Shown: piece after piece, positions 34,931 to 51,126 of the stretch
Numbering within the stretch: the first letter of the stretch is position 1
Layout: each line of letters opens with the position of its first letter
Translations under genes and position numbers: made by a program
Source of the DNA: an uncultured delta proteobacterium
Lineage (GTDB): Bacteria > Myxococcota > Myxococcia > SLRQ01
DNA length: 64,000 bases
Assembly: GCA_963727485.1 (NCBI GenBank)
Contig: CAVSGM010000003.1
Location: 160,001 to 224,000, forward strand
Direction of reading: 5' to 3'
Notes under the pieces: generated by a model
Told to the model about the DNA's origin: nothing
Databases searched by the model: none
Seen by the model: only the letters and a program-made list of their open reading frames with translations

Positions 34931-37152
34931 ATGGAAGCAGGTGACAAGGCACTCGCCACCTCGGGCGCCGCCCAGAAGGTAGAGCCCGTCGACCTTCGGC
35001 GGTAATTCCTCGGCGTCGCCCGGATGCGGATTCGGGGAATCGTCGCCATCTTCGCTTGCGTTGTGGCGGCGGCGACGGTGTGGGTCCTGAAGCAGCCGCG
35101 GATTTACGAGGCGACAACCTCGGTGGTCATCGATCCGATGCCTCCCCGGGCCCTTAAAGAACGTATCCGACGTGGTCGAGATTGGTGCCGGAAACTACTG
35201 GGCGACCAAGGAGTTCTACGAGACCGAGTACAAGATCATCCAGAGCCGGGAGGTCTGCCAGCGGGTGGTCGACAAACTGGGGCTGGCAAAGGACCCTGCG
35301 TTCCTGGGCCTCGACAAGATCAAGGATCCCGACCAGCGCGCCGCGCTGCGGAAGCTGGTCGACCCGGTCGCGCGCCTCCAGAGCATGATCCGGGTGGTCC
35401 CGGTCAGGGACTCCCGGATGGTGCTGGTGAGCGTCATGGACACCGACCCCAAGCGGGCCGCATTGCTGTCGACGAGTGTAGCCGAGGAGTACCGCGAGGA
35501 GAACCTCGCCCGGCGCGTCGAGGGCACGGGCAGCGTGGTGGACTGGCTGGAGCAGCAGCTCGGTGACCTCAAGCCGCGGCTCGAGGCCAGCGAGATGGCA
35601 CTCTACGACTACCGAAAGCGCAATGACATGCTTACCGCCTCGCTGGAGGATCGGCGGAGCATTGTTTCGCAGAAGCTATTGGACCTGAATCGTGCTCTCA
35701 CGGACATGGAGTCCAGGCGAATCCAGCTCGAGTCCAAGGTTGAGGAGATTAAGCGTCTCCGGTCTGCGGCGAAGGGGGACCAGTCGGCATTCGATAGCCT
35801 GCCCGAGGTCTCGAGCAGCCTCCTGATCGAGAAGCTCAAGGAGTCCCTCTCCGCACGTCTCCAGGACTATGCTCAGCTGCGGGAGCGCTATGGCGACAAG
35901 CATCCGAAGTTGGTCGCCGCCAAGGAGGCGTTGGCCGCTGCCCGAAAGGCCCTGTCCCGCGAGGTCCAGTACATCATCGGCGGCATCGAAGCCCAATACC
36001 GGGAGACCACGGACGCCGAGGCAGGCACCGAGCGCCTTCTGAAGAGGGTGAAGGCGGAGGCTTTCGAGCTCAACAAGAAGGCGATCGGGTACGACCGGCT
36101 GGAGCGGGAGAAGAAGGACAACGAGCGCCTCTACAACATGGTCCTGGAACGGACGAAGGAGGCCAACCTCTCCGGGCAGCAGCGGACCAACAACGTACGG
36201 ATTGTCGATGCGGCCCTGGTTCCCCGGGGCCCAGTGCGTCCTCGGGTCCTGGTCGACATGGTGGTGGCCAGCGTCCTGGCGTTGCTGCTGGCCCTTGGCT
36301 ACGCCTTTGTTCGTGAGTATCTGGACGCCACCATCAAGAACAAGGAGGAAGTGGAGACGGATTTGGGCTTGCCGTTCCTGGGCCTCATTCCGCTCGTGCG
36401 CGAGCGCTTCACCGGGGAATCCTCGCGGGAGGTGGATCTCCACGTCCTCCTCAACCCCCAAGGTCAGGCCGCGGAGGCGTGTCGGGCAATCCGCACGAAT
36501 CTCCTCTTCATGTCGCCGGAGCGACCGCTGAAACGGTTGGTGGTGACCTCCGCGGGCCCCCGGGAGGGCAAGACCACGACGGTCGTCGACCTCGGCGTCG
36601 TCATGTCGACAGGTGGCGCCTCCGTGGTGCTGGTCGACACGGACATGCGGCGGCCCCGGCTGCACAAGGTGTTCGGCCTCCCGGCGGACATCGGTCTCTC
36701 CAGCGTCATCCTCGGCGAGGCCACCCTCGACGAGGCGATCTGCGCTACGGAGGTGCCCGGGCTCTTCGTCCTGCCCTGCGGGCCGGTTCCACCAAACCCC
36801 GCCGAGCTCCTGCATACCGAGCGCTTTGCCCGCACCCTGGACGAGCTCGCCACCCGCTACGACCGGACCATCCTCGACTCGCCCCCGGTCGGGGCCGTGG
36901 CCGACGCCAAGGTCCTGGCGGTGGCGGCCGACGGTGTCCTGCTGGTCGTGAGGTCCCATAAGACCTCCCGGGACATGGTAGCCCAGGCGGCCGACTCGGT
37001 CCTCGAGGTCAACGGAAGGATTCTGGGCGTCATCCTCAACCAGGTGAACCTGGAAGGTCCACAAGATGCAGGCTACTACTCGACCGTACTATCGGCAGAA
37101 CTGCTTAGACGAGGCGCCGGGCACCGGCAACGGGGTGGCAAGCGATGCCTAG
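34931..37152 (+). CDS. wzc: Wzc polysaccharide co-polymerase/tyrosine autokinase (fused); errors near both ends
   Basis: Two TM segments flanking a coiled-coil; AEACRAIRTN, Walker A TSAGPREGKTT, LVDTDMRRP, ILDSPP, start of a Tyr tail GYY; 3' end approximate. Confidence 0.9.
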
Positions 37153-37185
37153 GTCGTACCCCTGCTCGGGCACGGAGAGGCGGCG

Positions 37186-37596
37186 GTGGAGGTGACGGCA
37201 CTGCTCATCCAGGACATCATGACCCCGGACCCCACCTGCGTCACCGCGGCCACCACCACCGCCGACGCCCGGGCGCAGATGGAGCCCTCGGCTGCCGGCA
37301 CCTCCCGGTCCTCGACGGCGCCACCCTCGCGGGCATCATCACCCATCGGGACCTCAACCGCCCGCGGCGAGACGGTCGGCGACCTCATGTCGCGCGACCT
37401 CATCACCGCCAAGCCGACCCTCCGCGTCGACGCCGCCGCCGCCACCATGGCGGTCCACAAGGTCGGCTGCCTCCCGGTCGTCGAGAACGGCCGCCTGGTC
37501 GGCATCGTCACCACCTACGACCTCCTCGACGCCCTGGTGAAGTGGCTGCGCAGCCAGCTGCCCGCCGACGTGGACCCTGAGGGCACCCCGTACTAG
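37186..37596 (+). CDS. CBS domain protein (probable indels near 37290-37360)
   Basis: DIMTPDP, HLPVLD...GIIT (alternate frame), TVGDLMSRD, VGCLPVVENGRLVGIVTTYDLL. Confidence 0.8.
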   Translation: MEVTALLIQDIMTPDPTCVTAATTTADARAQMEPSAAGTSRSSTAPPSRASSPIGTSTARGETVGDLMSRDLITAKPTLRVDAAAATMAVHKVGCLPVVENGRLVGIVTTYDLLDALVKWLRSQLPADVDPEGTPY

Positions 37597-37608
37597 GTTC
37601 CGGGCACC

Positions 37609-38541
<933 letters not shown>

Positions 38542-38557
38542 GCGCCGGCGACCCGCC

Positions 38558-39902
38558 TCAGGCCCGGCACAATCCGCGCCCGCCCCTCGATCCCCCGGGT
38601 CGCCCCGCGCGTGTCCACCACCAGCGCCGCCTTGCCACCACCCGGGCGTAGTCGATGCCGGTGTGGTCGGTGACGATGACCACCGCGTCGCTCGCCGGCG
38701 AGCGTCGCGTCGTCGAGCGCCACCGAGGCCAGGTCGCGAGATCGTGGTTGCGCATCGGCCGGGCCCGGGGCACGAAGGGGTCGTGGTAGCTCACCTCGGC
38801 GCCGCGCTCCTGCAGCAGCTCGATGACTGCGAACGCCGGCGACTCGCGCACGTCGTCGACGTCGCTTCTTGTACGCCAGCCCAGCACCAGGACCTTGGCG
38901 CCCTTGAGCGGCTTGCCGTCGCTCGTTGAGCGCCTCGGCCATCCGGTCGACCACGTACTCGCGGCATCGCCGATGTTGATCTCGCCGGCGAGCTCGATGA
39001 AGCGCGTGGTCAGCCCGAACTCGCGCGCCTTCCAGGTCAGGTAGAAGGGGTCGATGGGGATGCAGTGCCCGCCGAGGCCCGGGCCCGGGTAGAAGGGCAT
39101 GAAGCCGAAGGGCTTGGTGGCCGCGGCGTCGATGACCTCCCAGACGTCGATGCCCATCGCGGTCGCAGAGCACCTTCAGCTCGTTGACCAGGGCGATGTT
39201 CACCGCGCGGAAGATGTTCTCGAGGAGCTTGGCCATCTCCGCCACCCGGGTCGACGACACCGGGATCGACCTGCTCGAGGGCGCCGCGCCGTAGAGCGCC
39301 ACGCGCCGCCTCGCTGGCAACGCCGTCGGTCAGCCCGCCGACCACCTTGGGGATGCGCCGGGTGGTGAAGTCCGGGTTGCCCGGGTCCTCGCGCTCGGGG
39401 CTGTAGGCCAGGATAGAAGTCGGCGCCCGGCCGTCAGCCCGCTGCCGGCCTCGAGGATCGGCAGGAGCACCTCGTCGGTGGTGCCCGGATAGGTGGTCGA
39501 CTCCAGGACCACGAGCTGCCCGGCGCCGCAGGTGCGGCGCCATGGCTGCGCGCGGTGCCCTCGACGTAGCTCATGTCGGGCTCGCGGTGTCGGTCGAGCG
39601 GGCGTCGGCACGCAGAGCAAGAGGGCGTCGCAGCTCGCGGCACGCGGGCGAAGTCGGTGGTGGCCGAGAAGCGCTCCGCCGCGTCCAGCGCCTCGCGCAC
39701 TCGCCGCGTCGCGGATGTGCTTGATGTAGCTCTCGCCGGCCTCGAGCTTCGTCGACCTTGGTCGGGTCGACGTCGAAGCCGACCACGCGGAAGCCCCGCG
39801 CCGGGCGAAGGCCAGCACCAGCGGCAGGCCCACGTAGCCCAGCCCGACCACGCCGACCACCGCCTCCCGGCGGTCGATCCGCGCCAACAGCTCGCTCGCC
39901 AT
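38558..39902 (-). CDS. UDP-N-acetylhexosamine 6-dehydrogenase (WbpA/WecC/TviB-like); heavily frameshifted
   Basis: [73 protein letters not shown]. Confidence 0.88.
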
Positions 39903-39907
39903 GGTCG

Positions 39908-40232
39908 CTACCTCGCCAGCCCGCAGGCCTTCTTGCCGGCCTCGGTGTCCAGCTTGTGGCAGTCGCACTTGTCCACCAGCGCCGAGCACGCCGGGCCCGC
40001 CTTGGACAGGTCCGAGGACCGCGCCGCCTGGTAGGCCTGGAGCATCTGGGTCATGCAGTTCTGCTTCCCGAGCTCGGTGGTCTGGCAGTCGCAGAGCTTC
40101 TGGGCCAGCGCCAGGCAGGGGTCGGTGCAGCCGGCGGCGGCGACCGGGAGCACCAGGGCCGAAAGGAGCAGCCAGCGGCCGGCGGCGGCACGGAGGCGCG
40201 CGGCGACGCGGGCGCGGAGCGAACGAGTGGAG

Positions 40233-40252
<20 letters not shown>
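39908..40252 (-). CDS. Small Cys-rich lipoprotein
   Basis: Signal with AAAGC lipobox; Cys pattern C..PC..LA.K.C.C typical of myxobacterial lipoproteins. Confidence 0.65.
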
Positions 40253-41543
<1,291 letters not shown>

Positions 41544-41653
41544 GGTGCAACGCTCCTTCGGGTCCTCCAGGGGACCGATGGGGGGATAGCATCGCCGGGC
41601 CCGCCGGGCAACGCCACCGCGGGCCCCGGACTTCCGCTAGACTGCCAGCCGGG

Positions 41654-44531
41654 GTGGGCACGAAGGGACCAGAAGGACGCGACGCGCCGCCGTCCGCGGA
41701 CGCGCACGAGGCCGCCGCCGCGACCTCCGCCGCCCCCGGCGCGCCCCACCGCCGCCGCCGCCGGCACCGGGGCCCGGATCCCCTCCGCGCCCGCCGGGCC
41801 CGCACCCTCGAGGTCGCCGCCGAGGTGGGCCTGGGCGCCGTCCTGGTCGTGGCGCCCCAGCTCATCGGCTCGGTGCCCACCTGGGCCGTGGGCGTCGACC
41901 TGGCCCTGGCCGCCGCCACCTTCGCCCTCGTCCTCGCCGGCCGGCACCTCGCCGGCGCCAAGGTCCGGGTGCCGGGCCTCGCCTGGGTCCTCGTCGGCGC
42001 CCTCGGCCTCGAGGCCCTCCAGCTCGTGCCCCTGCCCCCGGCGCTCCTCGGCCTGGTGAGCCCCAAGGCCGCCGCCGTCGACGCCTTCGTCCTCCCGATG
42101 GTCCACGGCTGGCCCGCCTGGCGCCCGCTCTCCATGGACCCCTACCAGACCGGCCTCGACTGGGCGCGCCACCTCACCGCGGTCCTGGTGCTCCTCACCG
42201 TGGTCACCCTCGCCGACAAGCGCCGGCGCCGGCGCCGCCTCACCGCCCTCCTCGCCGCCTCGGCCCTGGTCGCCGTGGCCCTCGCCTTCGGCCAGCGCCT
42301 GGTGGGCCTCGACCACATCTACGGCGTGTGGCCCCGGGCCATCAGCGGCACCTGGGTCTTCGCCGCCTTCGTGAACCCCAACCACTTCGGCGCCTACCTC
42401 GACCTCCTGGCGCCGGTGAGCCTGGGCCTGGCGCTGTCCACCGAGGACCGGAGCCGCGCGGCCCTCTGGGGGCTCGCCTTCGTCCTGGCCGCCGGCACCG
42501 CGCTGCTCACCCTCTCGCGCGGGGCCATCGTGGCGCTGCTCGCCGGCCTCACCGTGTTCATCGCCCTGCGCCGGCGGGACACCGCCCCCGAGGGCCCCGA
42601 GGGCCCGGGCTTCCCCGACCGCCCCGGTCCCCCCGACCCCCCAGGCTTCCCCGACCGCCCCGCCGGCCCGGGTCGCCCCGCCGGCCCCCGCCCGCCCCCG
42701 CGCCGCCGGGCCCTCGCCCGGATGGCCGCCCCGCTGTTGGTGGGCGCCGCCCTCTCCGTCGCCGCCTACCTCGCCCTCGACCCCATCCTCGACCAGGTCG
42801 CCACCCTCACCAGCAAGCGCAGCCTCGAGCACGAGGAGCGCTGGAAGATGTGGGGCGAGACCCTGCCGCTGGTCCGGGACTTCTGGCTCACCGGGGTGGG
42901 GGCCGGGGCCTACCGGGTGGTCTTCCCGATGTACAAGCGCATCCCCGCGGAGACCACCTTCGAGCACCCGGAGAACCAGTACCTGGAGCTCCCGGCGTCC
43001 CTGGGCGTCCCCGCCGCCCTGGCGATCCTCCTGGCGCTGGGGTGGGTGCTCCTGGGCGTGGCCCGGCGCCGGGACCTGCGGCCCCGGGAGCTCGGGCTCC
43101 TGGCGGGGATGGTGGCGCTCGCCATCCACGAGGGCGCCGACTTCGCCACCGCCTTCGGGGGCGTCGCGCTCCCCGCCGCCGCCGCCCTCGGGCTCCTGGT
43201 GGCCGCCGCCACCCCCGGCCGCCGCCGCGCCCGCGCGCGCGACGACGCCCGCGCGCCCGACGACGCCCCCCGACGCCCGCCTCCCGCGCCGCCTCCCGCG
43301 CCGCCTCCCGCGCCGCCTCGGGCCGCTCCCGGTGACCGCCGCCTTCTCCGTGGCCCTCGCCGGGGGCGTGGTCGGCGTCGCCCGGGCCTCGGGCCACCTC
43401 GCCAACGAGACCCTCGTCCGCCTCGACCACGCCCTCGCCGGGGGCGCCCGGGTCGACGACGCCGTCGCCGCCGCCGTCCGCGCCCGCCCCAGCGACCACA
43501 TGCCCCCGCTCGTCGCCGCCGACACCCTGATGCGCCGGGGCCACGACCCGGCCCGGGCCATGGACTGGGTCACCCGGGCCATGTACCTCGCCCCCACCGA
43601 GCCCCGGGGCCACCTCCTCGCCGCCCTCCTCCTCACCGAGGCCGGGCGCAAGGACCAGGCCCTCCTCGAGCTCCGCCTCGCCGCCCGGGACGGCCACCCC
43701 CTCCGGCGCGTCCTCGACCTCGCCGCCGCCCGCTTCCCGGACCTCGCCGACCTCGAGCGCTCGGTCCCCGACACCCCCAAGGCCCAGATGGCCCTCATGG
43801 ACTTCCTCCTGGCCCACCGGCGCCCGGACGACGCCTGGACCGTGGGCCAGGCGCTGAAGGCCACCGACCCCGGCGACCCGGACCTCCTCGACCGCCTCGG
43901 CCGCGCCGCCCTCGCCGCGCGCCGCCCCGACGACGCCGAGACCCTCGGGGAGGCCCTGGTGCGCCTGGCCCCCGAGCGGCCCCAGGGGGCGCTCCTCGTC
44001 GCCGGCGCCCACTCCCAGCGCCGCGACTACCAGGGCGCCGCCGACGCCCTCAAGGACGGCCTCACCCGGGCCCACGGCGACCCGGCGCTCGCCATGACCC
44101 TCGCCGGCCTCTACCTCGGGCCCCTCAAGGACCCCAAGGCCGCCCGCTCGGTCCTCGACGCCATGCGCCTCCCGGCCTCCGACGGCGCCCGGGCCCGCCT
44201 CCAGAGCCTCCTGGGCCGCGCGGCCTTCGAGCAGGGCAAGACCCGCCAGGCCCTCGACCGCTACCACACCGCCGCGCGCCTCGCCCCCTGGGACCCCGGG
44301 CCCCTCATCCAGGTCGGCGACGTCCTCATGGGGCTCGACCAGTACGCCCGGGCCCTCGACGCCTACCAGGCCGCCCGCCGCCGGGCCCGGGGCGGCACCC
44401 GGGACGCCCTCGACGCCCGGATCGCCCGGGCCCGGACCCGGCTCGCCGCCCTCGAGGCCTTCCGCAAGCGCCAGGCCATCCTCGGCGCCCCGGACCCCGG
44501 CGGCCCCCTGCCCGGCGCCGGGGACCGCTGA
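41654..44531 (+). CDS. O-antigen ligase-like (Wzy_C) membrane protein with C-terminal TPRs; frameshift near 43300
   Basis: FVNPNHFGAYL, LTLSRGAI, RWKMW...TGVGAGAY, EHPENQYLE; the downstream frame has TPR-like repeats; the break lies in a 12-bp tandem repeat. Confidence 0.82.
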
Positions 44532-44592
44532 CGCCGCGCCCGGGGGCCCCATGCGCCGGCCGCCTCCGTGCCGGGCGGGGCCCGTCGGGTTC

Positions 44593-44670
44593 GGTCACGC
44601 CGGGCGACGTCGTACGTCACGGCCGTCGGTTGAGTCACGGTGGGATACAGCGTGACTCACAAGAGGGGTC
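44593..44670 (+). repeat. Dispersed intergenic element, copy 1
   Basis: GGTCACG..GGGCGACGTCGTACGTCAC-N20-TGGGATACAGCGTGAC; the same blocks and spacing occur on the reverse strand at ~50965-51035. Confidence 0.85.
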
Positions 44671-44744
44671 CGAAGGGACCCCGGCCACCCGGCCCGAACG
44701 TTGCGCGCGCGAAGGGCCCGGTGCTACCGTCGTCCCTGGCCGCC

Positions 44745-46613
<1,869 letters not shown>

Positions 46614-46614
<1 letters not shown>

Positions 46615-46928
46615 TGCCCCTGAACAGCAAGCAGATCCGCCACCTCCGCGGCCTCGGCCACCACCTCTCGGCGGTGGTCCACGTGGGCAACGACGGCGTC
46701 ACCGACGGCGTCGCCGGCGCCCTCGACCAGGCCCTCACCGACCACGAGCTGGTGAAGGTCAAGGTCCTGGAGAACGCCCCCGAGGGCCGCCGCGAGGTCG
46801 CCCGGGCGCTGGCCGACCGCACCGGGAGCGAGGAGGTGCAGGTCCTCGGCCGCACCGTGCTCCTCTACCGGCGCCACCCGGAGAAGCCCAAGATCAAGCT
46901 GCCGGGCGAGCGCGCCGCGACCCGGTGA
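46614..46928 (+). CDS. yhbY: Ribosome-assembly RNA-binding protein YhbY (CRM domain)
   Basis: LNSKQIRHLRGLGHHLSAVVHVGNDG...L.DHELVKVK...VQVLGRTVLLYR. Confidence 0.93.
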
Positions 46929-46944
46929 CGCGCCCCGCCGCCGC

Positions 46945-47274
46945 TCAGGTCCCCTTGAGCCGGTAGTGGAGCAGGCTGTCCATCATCGCCGTGACCAGGA
47001 GACCGTCCTCCTTCATCTCCTGCATCAGCGTGGCGGCGACCTGGGTCTCGACCTCCAGGCCCTTGCCCACCTCGGCGGCGGTGGCCCAGCCGATGTGCTT
47101 GCGCATGAACCGGATGATCTCGCCCTTGAGGCGCGCCTTCTCGGCGCCGGCGATCTCCGGGGTCTTCCAGGCGTTGGCCACCGCGGCGATGAGCAGGACG
47201 ATCACCAGCAGCGCCAGCACCGGATAGATGATGTGCTTGTGCTGGGCCAGGAACTCGAAGCTGGTCGCGATCAT
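46945..47274 (-). CDS. Small membrane-anchored hypothetical protein with wHTH-like C-terminus
   Basis: 109 aa, one TM helix, then TAAEVGKGL...ATLMQEMKEDGLL; ATGA overlap with the hflX stop. Confidence 0.6.
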   Translation of the reverse strand: MIATSFEFLAQHKHIIYPVLALLVIVLLIAAVANAWKTPEIAGAEKARLKGEIIRFMRKHIGWATAAEVGKGLEVETQVAATLMQEMKEDGLLVTAMMDSLLHYRLKGT

Positions 47275-48945
47275 GCCAGGTCCGCCAGGGCCGTCTGCAC
47301 CCGGGGCGTCTCCCCTTCGCGGAAGAGGAGCGCGCCGGCCCGGGCCAGGAGCGTGTCGAGGCCGTCGCCGGTCAGCGCGCTCACCGCCACGCCATCCCGG
47401 CCGGCTGCCAGGTTCTCTGCGGTGCCACCCGTCATCCGATCCCCCTTGTTGAACACCAAAAGACGCGGGCGGTCCAGGAGATCGAGCTCCCGGAGGATGC
47501 CCTCCACCGCCTCGATCTGCTGGGGATGGTCGGGATCCGAGGCGTCTACCACGTGGAGGAGCAGGTCGGCGTCGTCGAGCTCCTCGAGGGTGGCGCGGAA
47601 GGCCTTCTTGAGATCCGCGGGCAGGTCGCGGATGAAGCCGACGGTGTCGGTGATGATCACCTCGCGGTCCCGGGGGAAGCGCAGGCGTCGGCTCGCCGTG
47701 TCCAGGGTGGCGAAGAGCTTGTCCTCGGCGAGCACCTCGGAGCGGGTGAGCCGGTTGAGGAGCGTCGACTTGCCGGCGTTGGTGTAGCCGACGATGGAGA
47801 TGGTCGGCACCCCGGCGCCGCGTCGCCGGGAGCGCCGCGTCATCCGCGAGGTGGCGATGTGCTCCAGCTGGCGCTCGAGGCGGGCGATGCGCTCGCGCAC
47901 CCGGCGCCGGTCCACCTCGAGCTTGGTCTCACCGGGGCCCCGGCCGCCGATGCCGCCGGTGAGCCGCGAGAGGGAGTCGTCCCGGGCGGCGAGCCTCGGC
48001 ATGGTGTACTTGAGCTGGGCCAGCTCCACCTGCAGCTTGCCCTCGTTGCTCTGGGCGCGCTGGGCGAAGATGTCGAGGATGAGCTGGGTCCGGTCGAGGA
48101 TCTTGACGCTGGTGACCTCGGCGATGGCCCGGGCCTGGGAGGGCGCGAGGTCCTGGTCGAAGAGGATCACGTCGACCAGAAGCTGCATCGCCTTGAGGTT
48201 GAGCTCCTCGAGCTTGCCGCGGCCCACCAGGTAGCGCGGGTCGGGCTTGCGGCGCTGCTGGATCACCGTGTCCACCACCTCGACCCCGGCGGTGCGGGCG
48301 AGCTCGGCGAGCTCGGCGAGGTGGGCCTCGGTCTGTGCCTTCGAGCCCGCGGCGACGCCCACCAGGATCGCCCGCTCCTGGCCCTGGACCTTCCGCAGGC
48401 GCCGGCCGCTCTCGGCGAGCTGGGCCTCGAGGTCCTCGATCTGGGTGCGCGCCGGCCACGCGAGGCTCTGGTGGAAGCCCGGGACCTCCTCGAGTCGCCA
48501 GAGGTCGCCGCCCTCGTTCTCCGGGAGCAGGTGGGCCCACCAGGTCCGGCCCGGGAGCCCGTCGGGCCCGGCGGCGATGGCGCACACCAGGTCCAGGCGC
48601 AGGAGCGCCAGGTCGGTGAGGTCGTCCCGGTCGAGGGGATGGTCCTCCTTGAGGTGGGTGTGCACCAGGCGCAGGCCACGGAGGCGCACCTGCCCGGCGC
48701 GGGCGCGGCCCACGTCGGGGAGCTCGATTCTGGTGGGCGTCCCCGACCATGACCCACTCCACGTTCCCCCGGCGGTCCAGGAGGACCCCCACCTGTCGCC
48801 CGATCTCCCGGGAGAGCTCGGTGAGGTGCCGGGCGAGCTCGGGGCCGACGATGGCCTCGGGCTCGACCTGCCGCCGGTAGGTGGCCTTGAGGCGCTTGAG
48901 CTGACTGGGCTTGAGCCCGAAGGTGTTTCCGAAGACGTCCCGGAT
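47271..48945 (-). CDS. hflX: GTPase HflX (long N-terminal form); frameshift near 48730; probable ATC start
   Basis: GNTFGLKPSQ, LRGLRLVHTH, DRTQLILDIFAQRA, GPGETKLE.DRR, VGYTNAGKSTL, LFATLD, DTVGFI, NKGD. Confidence 0.93.
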
Positions 48946-49067
48946 GGCGTGTACTCCTGCGGGCGTGGGGATGCGGGCGCTTTGGACCGCCCCCCGGTTC
49001 AACCTCCGATGAAACCGCTTTCTTTCCCCGTTGCCTAGCCCCTTGCGCCGGTGCTATCCGCCGGCAG

Positions 49068-50335
49068 GTGACCGCACGCAAGCGCAGACCGGTGTCCGGG
49101 CCGCGCGCCGGCCCGTCCGCCGACGACGACCGGACCTCCGGCGACCGGACCTCCGGCGACCGGACCTCCGGCGACCGGGCCTCCGGCGACCGGCCTCCGG
49201 CGACCGGGCCTCCGGCGACCGGGCCCGGGTCGCCGCCGCCCGCCGGGTGGTGGTGAAGATCGGCTCCGGGGTCCTCACCCGCGAGGGCCGCTTCGCCGGC
49301 GACGTCCTCTCGCGCCTCGCCCGGGAGCTCGCCGAGGCCCGGGCCGCCGGCCGCCAGCTCGTCGTGGTCTCCTCGGGGGCCATCGCCCTGGGCGTCGACG
49401 TCCTCGGCCTCCCGCGCCGCCCCCGGGACATCGCCGGTCTCCAGGCCGCCGCCGCCGTGGGCCAGGCCCGCCTGGTGGATCGCTGGTCCCGGGCCTTCGC
49501 CCGTCACGGGGCGCTGGCCGCCCAGGTCCTCCTCACCCACGCCGACCTCCACGCCCGCACCCGCTACCTCGCCGCCCGCCACACCCTCGGCCGGCTCCTC
49601 CTCCAGGGCGCCATCCCCGTGATCAACGAGAACGACTCGGTGGCCGTCGAGGAGATCCGGGTGGGGGACAACGACCTCCTCGCGGGCCTGGTCACCGGCC
49701 TGGTGGGCGCGGACCTGCTGGTGCTCCTCACCGACATCGACGGCGTCTACACCGGCGACCCCCGGGTCGACCCCGACGCCCGGCGCCTCGGGGCCATCGA
49801 CCCCGCCGACCCCGCCGTCCGCGCCGCCGCCCGGCGCACCCGCACCGCCGTGGGCACCGGGGGCATGGCCACCAAGGTCCGCGCCGCCGCCATGGCCGCC
49901 GACCTCGGCGTCCCCGCGGTCATCGCCGGCGGCCGCCGGCGGGGCGTCCTCGCCCGGGTCCTCGCCGGCGACGACGAGGGCACCCTGGTCCGCGCCGGCG
50001 CCGCCCGCCTCACCGGCCGCAAGGGCTGGCTGGCCCACGCCACCCGCCCCCGGGGCCGGGTCGTCGTCGACGCCGGTGCCCGCCGCGCCCTGGAGGAGCA
50101 CCACTCGAGCCTGCTGCCCTCCGGCGTCCGCGCCGTCGAGGGCCGCTTCGACGAGGGCGACCCGGTCACCGTGGTCGACGAGGCCGGCGCGGTCTTCGCC
50201 GTGGGCCTCACCAGCTACGGCGCCGAGGCCCTGCGCCGCATCGCCGGCCGCCGCACCTCGGAGATCGCCGGCATCCTGGGCTTCCGGACCCTGGACGAGG
50301 TCATCCACCGCGACGACCTGGTCCTGACCGGCTGA
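49068..50335 (+). CDS. proB: Glutamate 5-kinase with a repeat-derived N-terminal extension; frameshift near 49192
   Basis: VVVKIGSGVL, VSSGAI, AAAVGQ, PVINENDSV, GDNDLL, GTGGMATK, C-terminal PUA domain, IHRDDLV. Confidence 0.95.
49127..49225 (+). repeat. 15-bp tandem repeat CGACCGG(A/G)CCTCCGG, ~6.7 units (one unit 14 bp)
   Basis: Read directly; encodes DR(T/A)SG repeats. Confidence 0.9.
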
Positions 50336-50388
50336 CCCCGGGGCGCCCCCGTCTTTACAGACGCCCGCCCGCCGCCGATCATCCCACG

Positions 50389-50873
50389 ATGCCCGACTCC
50401 GCGCCGCTTCCGCCCTTCACTCGCTGGCCGGTGCAGCACCACGACCCGCGCTTCGGCTACGCCTGGTACTGCGGCGCCGGCGTGATCGTGGCTCAGGTCA
50501 CCGTGGAGCACGGCACCGAGGCGGCCGCCACCGCCTACCACGACTACGAGTCGGGCGCCCTGGAGACCCACGCCGCCGATATCGACGCCCACGGAGGCAT
50601 CTTCGTCATCCACGACTGGCGGGTGGTGACCACCTACGACAAGGGCGCCCGCCACATCTGGCAGGAGCGGATGAAGGCCCGACCCCGGGGATATCTTCGG
50701 GCTCGGTGGTCTGCGTGGCGTCGGCCAAGCCCCTGCTGCGGATGGCGGTCCAGGCGGTGAACCTCTTCTCCACCCTGGCCTACGGCGCGGGCATCGAGCT
50801 CTCCACGGATCTCGACGCGGTGCTCGCGACCCAGGGCCTCTCGGCGGCGTCGGGCCCGCGCGCCGCCGGCTGA
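50389..50873 (+). CDS. Hypothetical protein (possibly STAS/SpoIIAA-like fold); frameshift near 50700
   Basis: ...IFVIHDWRVVTTYDKGAR..., continuing in another frame SAKPLLRMAVQAVNLF... to TGA 50871-50873. Confidence 0.55.
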
Positions 50874-50924
50874 CGGCCTGGCCCCCGGCCGTCGGGGTGT
50901 CCCCGGCACCGTCGATTGCAGCAC

Positions 50925-51060
50925 GATGGGATACACGGTGCCCCCCGGGGCCTGGGGTCCTCTGGCTGCGTCACGCTGTATCCCATTGTGTGGCGATCGA
51001 CCCTGGTGACGTACGACGTCGCCCAACGTGACCAGGCCAGAGGGGTCCAGGGGAGGCCCC
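50925..51060 (-). repeat. Dispersed intergenic element, copy 2 (with internal inverted repeats)
   Basis: Reverse complement matches copy 1; inverted pairs ATGGGATACA/TGTATCCCAT and CCTCTGGC/GCCAGAGG. Confidence 0.85.
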
Positions 51061-51126
51061 GGCAGACCCGTGTCAGACCCCCCGCGTAGGGTGCGCCTCC
51101 TTCCACCCCCAGCCGAGGAGGACCCG

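Noticed and set aside
34990..35010. In-frame TAA early in wzc as readthrough or recoding
   Set aside because: It lies in the error-rich zone and has no recoding signal that I can identify.
49127..49225. Possible CRISPR array, also considered at 54151-54240 and 56670-56990
   Set aside because: Contiguous 15-bp coding repeats without unique spacers; no cas genes.
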